Assembly (NCBI GenBank): GCA_944384495.1 | Contig: CALWTP010000074.1 | Coordinates: 1-33,840, forward strand | From: an uncultured Clostridia bacterium | GTDB lineage: Bacteria > Bacillota > Clostridia > Christensenellales > UBA1242 | Length of the DNA: 33,840 bases | Direction of reading: 5' to 3' | Shown here: positions 7,925 through 18,457 of the stretch, piece by piece | Layout of the letters: the number at the start of each line of letters is the position of its first letter | Position numbering within the stretch: position 1 is the stretch's first letter | Program-made: the position numbers and the translations under genes | Notes under the pieces: model-generated | What the model saw: the letters and a program-made list of their open reading frames with translations, nothing else | The model's database searches: none | What the model was told of the DNA's origin: nothing

Positions 7925-8377
7925 ATGAAAAAAGAAAATCCAAAATTACCTAAAACCTATCTTATATTGAAAATTATAGGGGGTTTATTGCTTGCAACTG
8001 GCATCCTCTTATTCATCCTCTCGTTTGTGATTTTTAATCAAAGCGGAGAGGAAGCCTCACGGATGGGGATGCGTTTTGGCGGAACATGCGCATTCATAAT
8101 AGGAATATTTATAACTTTTTGCGGTTTTATTCCAAATGTATCAAAATTAAATGTTAAGACAACCAAATACATAATGAATCAAAATCAAGATGATTTGACA
8201 GATATCTCCACCATGCAAGGTGAAATATCTGCCCAAGGCACATCAAAGGTTGCCCAAGCGATCAAAGAGGTCTTTGATAAAGATGGTGAGGGCAAAACCA
8301 AATATTGCAAATATTGTGGCAAAGAAATCGATTATGATGCCATATATTGTGATAGATGTGGCAAAAAACAAGAATAA
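7925..8377 (+). CDS. Membrane protein with C-terminal zinc-ribbon
   Basis: Two predicted TM helices, then a CxxC-N11-CxxC motif (YCKYCGKEIDYDAIYCDRCGKK). Confidence 0.7.
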   Translation: MKKENPKLPKTYLILKIIGGLLLATGILLFILSFVIFNQSGEEASRMGMRFGGTCAFIIGIFITFCGFIPNVSKLNVKTTKYIMNQNQDDLTDISTMQGEISAQGTSKVAQAIKEVFDKDGEGKTKYCKYCGKEIDYDAIYCDRCGKKQE

Positions 8378-8393
8378 AGATTAAAAGTGAATT

Positions 8394-9116
8394 TTGAAGA
8401 GTATGAAATCAAAAATTCAAGAAAAAATTGATAAGTTTTTGCAAGACAATCAAGATGATAAATATGCACAATTTAGCCGGGGGCTAATTGCCTCGCGCTT
8501 TCCTATTTTAGGAATACGAACAAAAGAGTTGGAAGGTTTTGCTAAAGAACTTTTAAAAGAGGGGATAAGTGTATATGATATTCCACTTATTTATCATGAG
8601 GAAATAGTCATAGCAGGATTTATGATTGCATTTTCAAAGGAAAATGCCGAATGCAAAGTTGAAAAATTAAAATATCTCTTGCCATACATCGACAATTGGG
8701 GTAGTTGTGATATGATCACCATAAGACTTAAAGGGCTTGAAAGTCAAAAAGATTTTTTTGTTTCTCTTTTAAAGAGCGACAATGCCTTCACCGTGCGAGT
8801 GGCTATTATTTGGCTTTTTAGAAATTTGGTAAAAGAACATACAGAAGAAATTGTCGATTATTTTTCGCAAATAGATTTTTCAAAATTTGAAGAGACTGTC
8901 AATATGAACGGCAAAACAGTTCCGCAAAGTTACTATATCAAAATGGCAATAGCATGGTGCTATAGCGAGGCTCTTATTTATAAGTTTGATTTCATGTATA
9001 AATTGCTTGCCAGTATGGATGATAGGTTTATAAAACTGAAAACAATTCAAAAAGCTTGCGAGTCTTACAGAATAGGAGAACAAGAAAAACAGCATCTTAA
9101 AGCACTTCGTGGTTAA
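8394..9116 (+). CDS. DNA alkylation repair protein (AlkD-like HEAT-repeat family)
   Basis: KYAQFSRGLIASRFPILGIRTKELEGFAKEL and a repeated helical architecture. The track start at 8394 is TTG; the ATG at 8403 is an alternative. Confidence 0.65.
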   Translation: MKSMKSKIQEKIDKFLQDNQDDKYAQFSRGLIASRFPILGIRTKELEGFAKELLKEGISVYDIPLIYHEEIVIAGFMIAFSKENAECKVEKLKYLLPYIDNWGSCDMITIRLKGLESQKDFFVSLLKSDNAFTVRVAIIWLFRNLVKEHTEEIVDYFSQIDFSKFEETVNMNGKTVPQSYYIKMAIAWCYSEALIYKFDFMYKLLASMDDRFIKLKTIQKACESYRIGEQEKQHLKALRG

Positions 9117-9264
9117 AAATTGTCGAATTTTAGGGTTTTTATGGATAAAACTATCCTAATCTGACAATATTTTCAAAAAAATAAACTAAATTTATAAAAT
9201 ATTTGTTAAAATCGTTCAAATCTATTATAATGCTTAATAGATGTGTTTATTTTGAGGAGAAAAG

Positions 9265-10797
9265 ATGTTAGCAAAAGTAAAAAGTTTTGGATTACAAGGG
9301 ATAGATGGATTTCCGATTGATGTTGAAGTTGATGTAAGCAATGGACTTCCTCATTTTGAAATAGTTGGACTTGCCGATACTGCAATCAAGGAGGCAAAAG
9401 AGCGTGTCCGCTCAGCCATAAAAAATAGTGCATATGATTATCCAATCAAGCGAGTTACCATCAACTTGGCACCAGCAGATATCAAAAAAGAAGGGTCATT
9501 ATATGATCTTGCAATTGCTGTTGGAATGCTTTCAACCAATGACGAGAATGGTATAAAAAACCAAGGCGATTATGTTTATATTGGCGAGCTATCCTTTGAT
9601 GGGAGTGTGAAGAAGGTAAAAGGTTTGTTGCCACTTTTGATATCTGCACGATCACTTGGCTATAAAAATTTTATAATTCCATTTGAAAATTCAAAAGAGG
9701 CAAGTTTTATAGAAGGAATTTGTGTTTATCCAGTCAAAAGCCTCGACGAGACGGTAAAATTTTTAAAAGGCGAGCAAAATATTGAAAAAATTGAGCATTG
9801 TTCATATGAGGATATAAAAAATCAAAAGGTTTCCGGCCTTGATTTTTGTCATGTCAAAGGTCAAGCCATGGCAAAACGCGCGCTTGAAATTGCCGCGGCA
9901 GGAGGACATAATCTGCTTATGATAGGTCCGCCGGGAAGTGGAAAGAGCATGCTTGCAAAGTGCTTTCCAACAATTCTGCCAGATATGACATTTGAGGAGG
10001 CACTGGAGGTGACAAAAATTCACTCGATTGCAGGTGAGCTTGACCTAAATGAGGGAATTGTCAGCAGACGACCATTTCGAAGCCCGCACCATACCGCGAC
10101 AATAATTGCCTTAACTGGTGGCGGAACGCATAGCAAGCCGGGAGAAATTTCGCTTGCAGATCATGGTGTATTGTTTTTGGATGAATTTCCAGAATATTCA
10201 AAGCAGACAATCGAGACGCTAAGGCAACCACTTGAGGATGGGGTGATAACAGTTGCCAGAAACAAGGCGACAATTACATATCCGGCCTCCTTTACTCTTA
10301 TTGCCTCAATGAACCCTTGTCCTTGTGGAAACTATGGTTCCAAGGACAGAGAATGTCGTTGCAGTCCAAGTCAAATCACAAAATACCTCTCTCGTATCTC
10401 TGGGCCGATCATGGATCGAATTGACATTCATATCGAAGTTGACAGTGTGACATATGATCAGCTTAAAAGTGTGGAGGAGGAAGAGAGCTCAGAAAAAATT
10501 AAAGAGCGGGTAAACAAGGCAAGACAAAGGCAAATTGAAAGGTTTAAAAACGACAAAAATTATAATAATGCCAACATGAGTGTCACGCAAGTAAAGAGAT
10601 ATTGTAAGCTTGATGACAAGAGCGAAGACTTGCTTAGAGGAGCTTTTGAAAGTCTGAAACTTTCAGCGCGGGCGCATGATAGAATACTGAAAGTGGCAAG
10701 GACAATTGCCGATCTTGAACAAAGTGAAAACATTGAGCTAAGCCATATTGCGGAGGCAATTTCCTATAGAACACTTGATAGAAAATATTGGGAATAG
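9265..10797 (+). CDS. comM: YifB/ComM family Mg-chelatase-like ATPase
   Basis: N-terminal Lon-protease-like domain, Walker A GPPGSGKSM, Walker B VLFLDEFPE, a CPCG zinc motif and a C-terminal ChlI-like region. Confidence 0.9.
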   Translation: MLAKVKSFGLQGIDGFPIDVEVDVSNGLPHFEIVGLADTAIKEAKERVRSAIKNSAYDYPIKRVTINLAPADIKKEGSLYDLAIAVGMLSTNDENGIKNQGDYVYIGELSFDGSVKKVKGLLPLLISARSLGYKNFIIPFENSKEASFIEGICVYPVKSLDETVKFLKGEQNIEKIEHCSYEDIKNQKVSGLDFCHVKGQAMAKRALEIAAAGGHNLLMIGPPGSGKSMLAKCFPTILPDMTFEEALEVTKIHSIAGELDLNEGIVSRRPFRSPHHTATIIALTGGGTHSKPGEISLADHGVLFLDEFPEYSKQTIETLRQPLEDGVITVARNKATITYPASFTLIASMNPCPCGNYGSKDRECRCSPSQITKYLSRISGPIMDRIDIHIEVDSVTYDQLKSVEEEESSEKIKERVNKARQRQIERFKNDKNYNNANMSVTQVKRYCKLDDKSEDLLRGAFESLKLSARAHDRILKVARTIADLEQSENIELSHIAEAISYRTLDRKYWE

Positions 10798-11883
10798 GTG
10801 GATATGGAAGAAGAGAAAAAACTGTTATTATTCCTGTCAATGTACGATTTGACGATCAATAAATTGGATCAAATCTATTCGGTTTTGGGCGAAGATAGAT
10901 CGCTCAAAGCATTTTTCAAGAGTAAAGAGATAGAAAAACTTTTTGCAAAAGACAAGTTTGAACAGCTTAGGCAGTTGTATGATGAAAATAGAATTTCAAA
11001 CTATCAAAAGAATTTACAAAATCAAGATATTCATATTATCACAAGGTTTGACAGCACTTTTCCTTCTCAACTTAAAAATCTTCCAGACAGTCCTTATTTT
11101 TTGTTTTGCAAAGGCGACCTAACGCTTCTGTCTTGTCCATCGCTGGCTATTGTCGGCACAAGAAAGCCGTCAAATTATGGCAGAGTGGTGACAGATAAAT
11201 TTGCCAAAGCATTGGCTAAAGAAGGAATTGTCATTGTAAGCGGGCTTGCATATGGCATAGATAGCATTGCTCACCGAAAATGTCTGGAAGTTGGAGGGAA
11301 GACTATAGCGGTTTTGGGATCTGGTTTAAACGAAATATATCCAAAGGAGCATATGGCACTTGCTAGCGAGATTGCAAGTCAGGGTTTGCTGATAAGTGAA
11401 TATTCTCCAAATCGAAAAGCCACAAGCTATACCTTTCCACAGCGGAACCGTATCATTGCAGGCCTGAGCGGTGGTGTGCTTATCACCGAGGCAAGCATAA
11501 AAAGCGGAACGATCCATACAAAGGACTTTGCGTTGGATTATGGCCGAAACATCTATGCTGTTCCAGGGAATATTGACAGTCCTTCCAGCGAACTTACCAA
11601 TGAAACAATCAAATCTGGTCAAGCAATGTGCGTGACCAGTCCAAGTGATATTTTAAAGGATTATGCTGTGATGAAGAAAAAAGAGCACAAAACTGAACAG
11701 GCTATCCAGCTTTCAATGGATGAGCTAAAAATAGTTTCGCTATTGCAAGATGGCATGAAAGATATAGATTATCTTGCAAAAAACAGCAATTTAAGTATAA
11801 ATATTTTTAATAGTTATTTGACAACACTTGAAATTCGTGGAATAATAAGTAGGCTACCTGGTGGGTATGTTGTAAAAAACTAA
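10798..11883 (+). CDS. dprA: DNA-processing protein DprA (Smf)
   Basis: Rossmann-like core IVGTRKPSNYG...IVSGLAYGIDSIAHR...GVLITEA plus a C-terminal winged-helix-like tail. It directly follows comM. The GTG at 10798 or the ATG at 10804 could be the start. Confidence 0.9.
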   Translation: MDMEEEKKLLLFLSMYDLTINKLDQIYSVLGEDRSLKAFFKSKEIEKLFAKDKFEQLRQLYDENRISNYQKNLQNQDIHIITRFDSTFPSQLKNLPDSPYFLFCKGDLTLLSCPSLAIVGTRKPSNYGRVVTDKFAKALAKEGIVIVSGLAYGIDSIAHRKCLEVGGKTIAVLGSGLNEIYPKEHMALASEIASQGLLISEYSPNRKATSYTFPQRNRIIAGLSGGVLITEASIKSGTIHTKDFALDYGRNIYAVPGNIDSPSSELTNETIKSGQAMCVTSPSDILKDYAVMKKKEHKTEQAIQLSMDELKIVSLLQDGMKDIDYLAKNSNLSINIFNSYLTTLEIRGIISRLPGGYVVKN

Positions 11884-11884
11884 A

Positions 11885-13957
11885 GTGGAGGGGATTTTGA
11901 AATTAGTAGTTATTGAATCGCCATCGAAAAGAGAGGCATTAAAGAAATATTTGGGATCGGGATATGAAATTTTTGCAACAAAAGGACATATTCGAGATTT
12001 ACCTCAAAAAGGTCTTGCAATCGACATAAACAACAATTTTACACCAAAATATGAGATCGTTCCTGATAAAAAAGAGCTTATTACACAATTAAAGAACAAG
12101 GCAAAATCGGCAGATGAGGTTTTAATTGCCTCCGACCCCGATAGAGAAGGAGAGGCAATTGCATGGCATGTTGCAAATATTCTCGGGTTTGATAGCGAGA
12201 AAACCTGCCGAATAGAATTTAATGAAATTTCAAAAAAGGCAGTAAGTCAGGCATTGACAAAACCTAGGAAAATTGATCTTAAACTTGTAAATGCACAGCA
12301 AGCAAGACGAATTCTGGATAGGCTTGTTGGATACAAGCTTTCCCCAATTTTATGTAAAAAGATTGCCCCAAAACTCTCTGCTGGCAGGGTTCAGTCTGTT
12401 GCCCTAAAGCTTGTCGTAGACAGAGAAAGAGAGATAAGGGCCTTTGTTCCACAGGAGTACTGGGTTGTCTCAGCACTGCTTAAAAAGGATAAACATCAAC
12501 TGCGTGCAACTTTGGCAACATATAAAAAGAAAAAAATCACCCTTAAAAGTCAAGCTGAGGTTGATGAATTACTCAAGGCAGTAAAGGACAAGGAATTTAA
12601 GATAACAGAAATAAAAAAGGCGAAAACAAAGTCACATGCTCCTGCTCCATTTACCACTTCAACAATGCAACAGGATGCCCTCAACAAGCTTGGAATGAGT
12701 CTTACAAAGACATCCGCGGCCGCGCAAGCACTTTACGAAGGAGTAGAGATCAAGGGTGAAGGAAAAATTGCCTTGATTACATATATCCGAACAGACTCTG
12801 TACGAGTATCAAGCGATGCTCAAAATGCCTGTCTTGAGTTTATAAGAGAAAACTATGGCCCAGATTATGTGCCAAACAAACCCAATATCTATCACACAAA
12901 GGATAATGCACAGGATGCGCATGAGGCAATAAGGCCAATTACAATGGCGATCACCCCACAAAGGGCAAAAGAAACTCTTTCAAGTGATCATTACAGGCTT
13001 TATAAATTGATTTATGAACGATTTTTGGCAAGCCAGATGAGTGAAGCGCAATACGCAACTGTTTCGGTGAGCTTTGACTGTGCAGATTATGGCTTTAAGC
13101 TTAATGGCAAAACAATGGAATTCCCTGGCTATACTGCTGTCTATAAAGAATTTGTCGAAGAAAACAACAGTGATGGTATGGCAGGAAAATTGCCAAGGCT
13201 TGATGAGGGAGAGAGCTTGCCGTGTGAAAAAATTGAGAGCGAGCAAAAATTTACCAAACCTCCAACTCGTTACAGCGAAGCCACACTTGTCAAAGCAATG
13301 GAAGAGAAAGGAATTGGCAGGCCCGCGACTTATGCATCGACAATAACCGTCCTTGCAAAGCGAAAATATACCCAAAAAGAGGGAAAATATCTCCATCCAA
13401 CAGAGCTTGGCGAGAAAATTACAACCTATCTTGAGAAGTATTTTAGTGGTGTGATAAATGTAAAGTTTACTGCATTTATGGAACAGCGACTTGATGATAT
13501 TGCACACAAAAATGAGGATTGGCACAATGTCGTATCAAGTTTTTATAGTGGTTTTGAAAATCTTTTGGAAAAAGCAGGACAAAGCGATGAAAATATGAAA
13601 GTTCCTCCAAAAGAGACAGACCAAATCTGTGAAAAATGTGGAGGAAAAATGCTGTTAAGAACAGGTCGTTATGGTGAATTTCTGGCTTGTTCAAATTTTC
13701 CTAAATGTAAAAATACCAGACCTGTAGCCAAACCTTTAAAAAAAGTGGGCATCTGTCCTGAATGTGGTGGCGATATGGTTGAGCGAAAGAGCAAGCGAGG
13801 CAAAACTTTCTACTCCTGTTCCAGATACCCTGACTGCAATTTTATGAGCTGGGATATCCCGACCGGTAAAAAATGTCCAAAATGTTCAAGCTATTTAATT
13901 CGAAAGGGTGGCGTGATAAAATGTAGCAACAGTGGTTGTGATTTTGTTGAAAGCTAA
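11885..13957 (+). CDS. topA: DNA topoisomerase I
   Basis: Toprim region LVVIESPSK...DPDREGE, the TYIRTDS active-site Tyr motif and three C-terminal Cys4 zinc ribbons. The likely true start is the TTG at 11897 (MKLVVIESPSK) after GGAGGGG. Confidence 0.95.
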   Translation: MEGILKLVVIESPSKREALKKYLGSGYEIFATKGHIRDLPQKGLAIDINNNFTPKYEIVPDKKELITQLKNKAKSADEVLIASDPDREGEAIAWHVANILGFDSEKTCRIEFNEISKKAVSQALTKPRKIDLKLVNAQQARRILDRLVGYKLSPILCKKIAPKLSAGRVQSVALKLVVDREREIRAFVPQEYWVVSALLKKDKHQLRATLATYKKKKITLKSQAEVDELLKAVKDKEFKITEIKKAKTKSHAPAPFTTSTMQQDALNKLGMSLTKTSAAAQALYEGVEIKGEGKIALITYIRTDSVRVSSDAQNACLEFIRENYGPDYVPNKPNIYHTKDNAQDAHEAIRPITMAITPQRAKETLSSDHYRLYKLIYERFLASQMSEAQYATVSVSFDCADYGFKLNGKTMEFPGYTAVYKEFVEENNSDGMAGKLPRLDEGESLPCEKIESEQKFTKPPTRYSEATLVKAMEEKGIGRPATYASTITVLAKRKYTQKEGKYLHPTELGEKITTYLEKYFSGVINVKFTAFMEQRLDDIAHKNEDWHNVVSSFYSGFENLLEKAGQSDENMKVPPKETDQICEKCGGKMLLRTGRYGEFLACSNFPKCKNTRPVAKPLKKVGICPECGGDMVERKSKRGKTFYSCSRYPDCNFMSWDIPTGKKCPKCSSYLIRKGGVIKCSNSGCDFVES

Positions 13958-13995
13958 ACATAAAGGTTTAGAGCTTGCAATAATCTTTGCCTTAC

Positions 13996-14151
13996 AAAAT
14001 GTAAAAAAAGAATAAAAAACAAAATAAAGAAAAAATAAATAAAAAAATAAAATAGTTTAAAAAATAAAATAGATTAAATTAAAAAACAAAATAATAAAAA
14101 AACAAAATAAATTATAGAAAAAAAATAAAACAAAAGCATAAAATAGTTTAA
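13996..14151 (+). repeat. Strand-asymmetric A-rich low-complexity tract with AAAATAAA-type repeats
   Basis: About 155 nt that are almost entirely A on the plus strand. ATAAAATAGTTTAA occurs exactly twice (14047-14060 and 14138-14151), plus a near copy at about 14062-14075. Confidence 0.7.
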
Positions 14152-14209
14152 GATTATATAGTAATTATCTTAAAAATTTAGTCTTATAACATCTGTTACA
14201 GTTTTTGCT

Positions 14210-14238
14210 AAGGATAAACTGAGGGTTTATCCTTTTTT
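14210..14238 (+). terminator. Intrinsic terminator
   Basis: The 10-bp stem AAGGATAAAC/GTTTATCCTT has loop TGAGG and is followed by TTTT. Confidence 0.65.
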
Positions 14239-14368
14239 AGACATAAAAATATAATCTTTTCAAAATCAATCTTATAACTTTGCTTTGCAATTTTATCAAT
14301 ATGTAGTAAAATTTATATAGTCATTGTCGACTTTTTATTTTAACAATTGCAATATTTAGAAGGATATT

Positions 14369-15619
14369 ATGAAAGAACATATTTTTGTAAATGTGATAGG
14401 TTGTGGCTATGCCGGGGTGGAGTGTGGATTACTTCTTGCCAATTTAGGTATAAAAGTCCATGTATTTGATGGCTTGGAAGGCTATCATTATACATGCAAA
14501 AACTGTTACGACAGCAAAAAATTACCCATTTCTGAGCAGATTTACAATGAAGTTTTAAAAAAAGAATTAGCTCTTTTATGCAGTCCACTCATACGAGAGG
14601 AAGAGCTACTAAAAAAATCAGATTTTAAGGGTTGTAAAGCTGGTGAAATTTTAAATATTTGTAAGGAAAAATTAAAAAGACATAAAAATGTTGAATATTT
14701 TAATATTTCGATAAGCGACATCAATCCAAAAGAGATAAATATTATCACCACAGGGCAAAACAGTAATAAAGAAATTTATAATTATCTTTTAAACCGATTT
14801 GGTTCAATGAAGTGTATCAATTACAAAAATTCGGGGCCGATTTTTAGCAATGTCAATGAAAAAAATCTATATCAATTATCTGATGAGAGTTATGCTTTGC
14901 CTTTAGGGTATAAAGATTATATAAACTTTATAAATAGGGTGGTCAGGGCTGTGAACGAGAATATTTCAACAGGGAACTTTAGTCCAAGTGATCATAGTCT
15001 AGAGGGACTTGTTTGTCAAAGCAAAGATGCTCTTAAAAATTTTGCTTTTACACCAATAGGTGTGGATGGCTTTTCACAAAGGCCTTATGCAGTTGTACGA
15101 TTAAAAAAAGAGGGTGATTATTTTTCTATTTGCAAAATTGGTTCAAGATTTGATAACACAACTCAAGAGGAGATATTCAGGATTTTGCCGGGATTTGAAA
15201 AGGCAAACCTGATAGTTGAGGCAAAAAACGAAAGTAGTGTACAATTATTGCCAAAATACACGATAAACAAATACTGCCAAAGCCAAACGGATAAAAATCT
15301 ATTTTTTGCAGGCTCTATTCTTGGTCTTGAGGGTTATGAGAGATGTATTGCAAGCGGACACTATGTTGCCCGGGAGGTTTTTAGACGGGTGCTCGGTTTT
15401 GATTTTATGGATTTTCCAAAAAACAGCCTTATAAATGATGTAAATAATAAAATTTTTGATAAAAATTCGTTAAATTTTAATGAAAAATGTGACGAGTATG
15501 ATATAATATGTTGGCAGCGAGATGAAAACAAATACCAATTGATTGAAAAATTTTTTAAAAATTCATCAGATAGTCTTGCTAGATTTAAGGAGGAATATTT
15601 ATATGGAAAGCATTTTTAG
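14369..15619 (+). CDS. trmFO: Divergent TrmFO (Gid)-like FAD-dependent tRNA methyltransferase homolog
   Basis: N-terminal dinucleotide-binding motif [10 protein letters not shown], plus [21 protein letters not shown] and [20 protein letters not shown]. These align by eye with B. subtilis TrmFO (RPYAVVQLRQDD, IPGLENV, FFAGQMTGVEGYVESAASG). The conserved position between topA and hslV supports the call. Confidence 0.65.
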   Translation: MKEHIFVNVIGCGYAGVECGLLLANLGIKVHVFDGLEGYHYTCKNCYDSKKLPISEQIYNEVLKKELALLCSPLIREEELLKKSDFKGCKAGEILNICKEKLKRHKNVEYFNISISDINPKEINIITTGQNSNKEIYNYLLNRFGSMKCINYKNSGPIFSNVNEKNLYQLSDESYALPLGYKDYINFINRVVRAVNENISTGNFSPSDHSLEGLVCQSKDALKNFAFTPIGVDGFSQRPYAVVRLKKEGDYFSICKIGSRFDNTTQEEIFRILPGFEKANLIVEAKNESSVQLLPKYTINKYCQSQTDKNLFFAGSILGLEGYERCIASGHYVAREVFRRVLGFDFMDFPKNSLINDVNNKIFDKNSLNFNEKCDEYDIICWQRDENKYQLIEKFFKNSSDSLARFKEEYLYGKHF

Positions 15620-16142
15620 AGGTACAACGATATGCGGTGTAAAAAGGGATGGAAAAATCGCTATTGCTGGAGATGGACAGGTGACCATGAGCGAGAGTGT
15701 TATTTTCAAATCCAACGCACATAAAGTACGTCGAATATACAATGATAAAGTGGTGATCGGTTTTGCAGGTTCAGTTGCAGATGCCTTTTCGCTCTGTGAA
15801 AGATTTGAAAATATGCTCAACAAATTTTCAGGCAATCTTATGCGAAGTGCGGTCGAGCTTGCAGGCACTTGGCGAGAGGATAAGGCATCTCGTCAGCTCA
15901 ATGCCATGATGATTGTTGCAGACAAAAATCAACTGCTGATTGTAAGCGGTACAGGCGAGGTGATAGAGCCAGACGATGACGTATGCGCCATAGGCAGTGG
16001 CGGAAACTATGCTTTGGCTGCTGCAAAGGCATTAAAACAGAATACTGATCTTTCGGCAAGAGAGATATGCACGAAGGCGCTTGATATTGCAGGACAGATA
16101 TGTGTTTTTACAAATAATCACATAACAGTAGAGGAGGTGTAA
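15603..16142 (+). CDS. hslV: ATP-dependent protease subunit HslV (ClpQ)
   Basis: Start at the internal Met after AGGAGG ([18 protein letters not shown]...). The GTT N-terminal nucleophile region, GDGQVT and GSGGNYA motifs are present. The track start at 15543 lies inside trmFO. Confidence 0.9.
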   Translation: MESIFRGTTICGVKRDGKIAIAGDGQVTMSESVIFKSNAHKVRRIYNDKVVIGFAGSVADAFSLCERFENMLNKFSGNLMRSAVELAGTWREDKASRQLNAMMIVADKNQLLIVSGTGEVIEPDDDVCAIGSGGNYALAAAKALKQNTDLSAREICTKALDIAGQICVFTNNHITVEEV

Positions 16143-16143
16143 C

Positions 16144-17439
16144 ATGAATTTGACCCCAAGAAAAATAGTAGAAGAATTAGATAAATATATCATAGGACAA
16201 GCCAAAGCCAAACGAGCGGTAGCAATTGCATTGAGAAACAGATATCGAAGAAGTTTACTTCCAAAAGAATTAAGAGAAGAAATCACTCCAAAAAACATCA
16301 TTATGCGTGGTCCAACAGGTGTTGGAAAAACTGAAATAGCAAGAAGACTTGCAAAACTTGTCAAAGCACCTTTCATAAAGATTGAAGCCACAAAATATAC
16401 CGAGGTTGGATATGTCGGCAGAGATGTGGAGAGTATGATCCGCGATCTAGTTGAAGTGGCTGTCAGAATGGTAAAAGATGAAAAGGCACATCAAATGGAA
16501 GCAAAGGTTCGCCCAATCGTTGAAAACAAACTTATTGATGCCATTTGTGACACAAGACGGGCAAGTGATCAGCCAGTGGATAAGACGGTTGTGACCACAG
16601 AGCTACGGGAAGGAAAGCTTGAGAATGAGAATATTGATATTCTTGTTGCCGATACTCCAAAACCAATGGTTGCAATAGGTGGCCCAGAAATCAGTCTTGG
16701 TTCAATGTTTGATGGACTGCTTCCTCAAAAGCATAAAAAGAGAAAAATGTCTGTGAGCAGAGCCCGCGAGATTTTAACAAATGAGGAATGTGATAAAATC
16801 ATTGATAAAGATAATGTCTATGCAGAGGCAATCCGCAGGACTGAAGAAGAGGGAATTATTTTCATCGATGAAATTGACAAGATTATAGGCAAAAGCGGTG
16901 GCTCTAATAATCAAGATGTCTCAAGAGAGGGAGTGCAGAGAGATATTCTTCCGATCGTTGAAGGAAGCACGGTGGCGACCAAAGATGGCAATGTCAAGAC
17001 AGACTTTATTCTGTTTATTGCATCGGGAGCATTCCATGTTTCCAATATCGAGGATATGATTCCAGAGCTTCAGGGCAGATTTCCAATAAGAGTTGATCTT
17101 GACAACTTGACAAAAGAGGACTTTAAGCGTATCTTAACAGAGCCAAAAAATTCTGTGACCTTGCAGTATGCCAGCATTTTGAAGGTTGACAATATTGAGC
17201 TAAGTTTCACTGAAGATGCTTTAGATGAGATAGCTGAAATGGCGGCAACTGAGAATGAAACAAGTGAAAATATAGGAGCAAGAAGACTTCATACAATTAT
17301 GGAAAGTTTGCTTGAGGACATTTCCTTCAACGCGTCAAATGAATTGCCTTTGACAAAGGTCAATATTGATCGCTCCTATGTTCAAAATGCCTTTAAAGAA
17401 ACCAAGAAAAAGTTTGATTTGAAAAAATATATACTTTAA
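16144..17439 (+). CDS. hslU: ATP-dependent protease ATPase subunit HslU (ClpY)
   Basis: LTPRKIVEELDKYIIGQ, Walker A GPTGVGKTEIARRLA, Walker B GIIFIDEIDKI, and the sensor/Arg region GARRLHT. Confidence 0.92.
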   Translation: MNLTPRKIVEELDKYIIGQAKAKRAVAIALRNRYRRSLLPKELREEITPKNIIMRGPTGVGKTEIARRLAKLVKAPFIKIEATKYTEVGYVGRDVESMIRDLVEVAVRMVKDEKAHQMEAKVRPIVENKLIDAICDTRRASDQPVDKTVVTTELREGKLENENIDILVADTPKPMVAIGGPEISLGSMFDGLLPQKHKKRKMSVSRAREILTNEECDKIIDKDNVYAEAIRRTEEEGIIFIDEIDKIIGKSGGSNNQDVSREGVQRDILPIVEGSTVATKDGNVKTDFILFIASGAFHVSNIEDMIPELQGRFPIRVDLDNLTKEDFKRILTEPKNSVTLQYASILKVDNIELSFTEDALDEIAEMAATENETSENIGARRLHTIMESLLEDISFNASNELPLTKVNIDRSYVQNAFKETKKKFDLKKYIL

Positions 17440-17468
17440 TCGAATTAGCATAATCTAAAGGAACAAAT

Positions 17469-18158
17469 ATGGATAATTCAAGAACGGCAATTTTGCTTGG
17501 AAAAGAGAATATGTTAAAATTATCTAAAGCAAGAGTTGCCATAGTAGGAGCAGGTGGCGTTGGCGGTAATTTAGCGGTTATGCTCATCCGTGCGGGGATA
17601 GAAAATCTTACAATATTTGATTTTGATAGGATTGAAAGCTCCAACATAAATCGACAAGCTCAGGCATTTATGGATACTGTTGGGCAAGATAAAGTTGAAG
17701 TTTTAAAAGAAATTTTGTTTAAAATCAATCCAAATGCACAAATTAATGCTGTAACTGCAAAGATAACAGGCGCAAACATAGAAGATTTTGATTGGAACTT
17801 TGACCTTGTCGTTGACGCAATTGATATTGTGAGTGATAAGGTGGAACTCATATGTTATTGCAAGGAGAAAAATATAAAAATTGTCTCCGCTATGGGAGCT
17901 GGAAATAGGTTTAAAAATCCTGTGTTTATAGTCGAGGATATATACAAAACGCATGATGACGGACTTGCAAAGATTGTTCGCAAAAAACTCAAGGAAAGAA
18001 ATATCAAACATCACGATGTGGTCTATTGTCCTATAAAACCTGAAAAAATTGAAGGGACAATTGGCAGTGTCAGCTATTTTCCAATGGCATCCGCTTGTAT
18101 GCTTGCAAGTTATGTAATAAATTTTATAATTGAGGAGGAAAGAGATGAAGGAAATTAA
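17469..18158 (+). CDS. tcdA: ThiF/HesA-family protein, TcdA (tRNA threonylcarbamoyladenosine dehydratase)-like
   Basis: VAIVGAGGVGGNLAVMLIRAGIENLTIFDFDRIESSNINRQ is the E1-like nucleotide-binding fold. The size and lack of a C-terminal Cys domain fit TcdA/YgdL. Confidence 0.75.
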   Translation: MDNSRTAILLGKENMLKLSKARVAIVGAGGVGGNLAVMLIRAGIENLTIFDFDRIESSNINRQAQAFMDTVGQDKVEVLKEILFKINPNAQINAVTAKITGANIEDFDWNFDLVVDAIDIVSDKVELICYCKEKNIKIVSAMGAGNRFKNPVFIVEDIYKTHDDGLAKIVRKKLKERNIKHHDVVYCPIKPEKIEGTIGSVSYFPMASACMLASYVINFIIEEERDEGN

Positions 18159-18453
18159 ACAGTCTGAATTTACAGAACAAACAAAAGAAGGGGTGTGTCT
18201 TATAGACTTTTTTGCCACTTGGTGTGCACCATGTCGAATGATGTCACAAATTTTGGAAGACGTTGATAGGGAACTTGATGGGAAAGTTAAAATTTTGAAA
18301 GTCGATGTTGATGAAAATGAAGACCTTGCAAGAACTTATGGAATTTTATCTATTCCAACACTTATAATTTTTAAAGATGGAGTGGCAAAAGAAAAGCATG
18401 TGGGAGTATGGCTTGCACATGATTGTGTTGATGCATTAAAGAAATATCTTTAA
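18145..18453 (+). CDS. trxA: Thioredoxin
   Basis: Start at the ATG at 18145 after GAGGAGG (MKEIKQSEF...). The active site reads WCAPC, with Ala in place of the usual Gly. The start overlaps the tcdA stop by 14 nt. Confidence 0.9.
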   Translation: MKEIKQSEFTEQTKEGVCLIDFFATWCAPCRMMSQILEDVDRELDGKVKILKVDVDENEDLARTYGILSIPTLIIFKDGVAKEKHVGVWLAHDCVDALKKYL

Positions 18454-18457
18454 TTTT

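Noticed and set aside
12980-13525. 181-aa minus-strand ORF
   Set aside because: It lies entirely antisense within topA, whose reading frame has unmistakable topoisomerase motifs. This is a typical AT-rich shadow ORF.
17703-18218. 171-aa minus-strand ORF
   Set aside because: It lies antisense to tcdA/trxA, with no SD and an unprotein-like Cys/Phe/Ile-rich composition.
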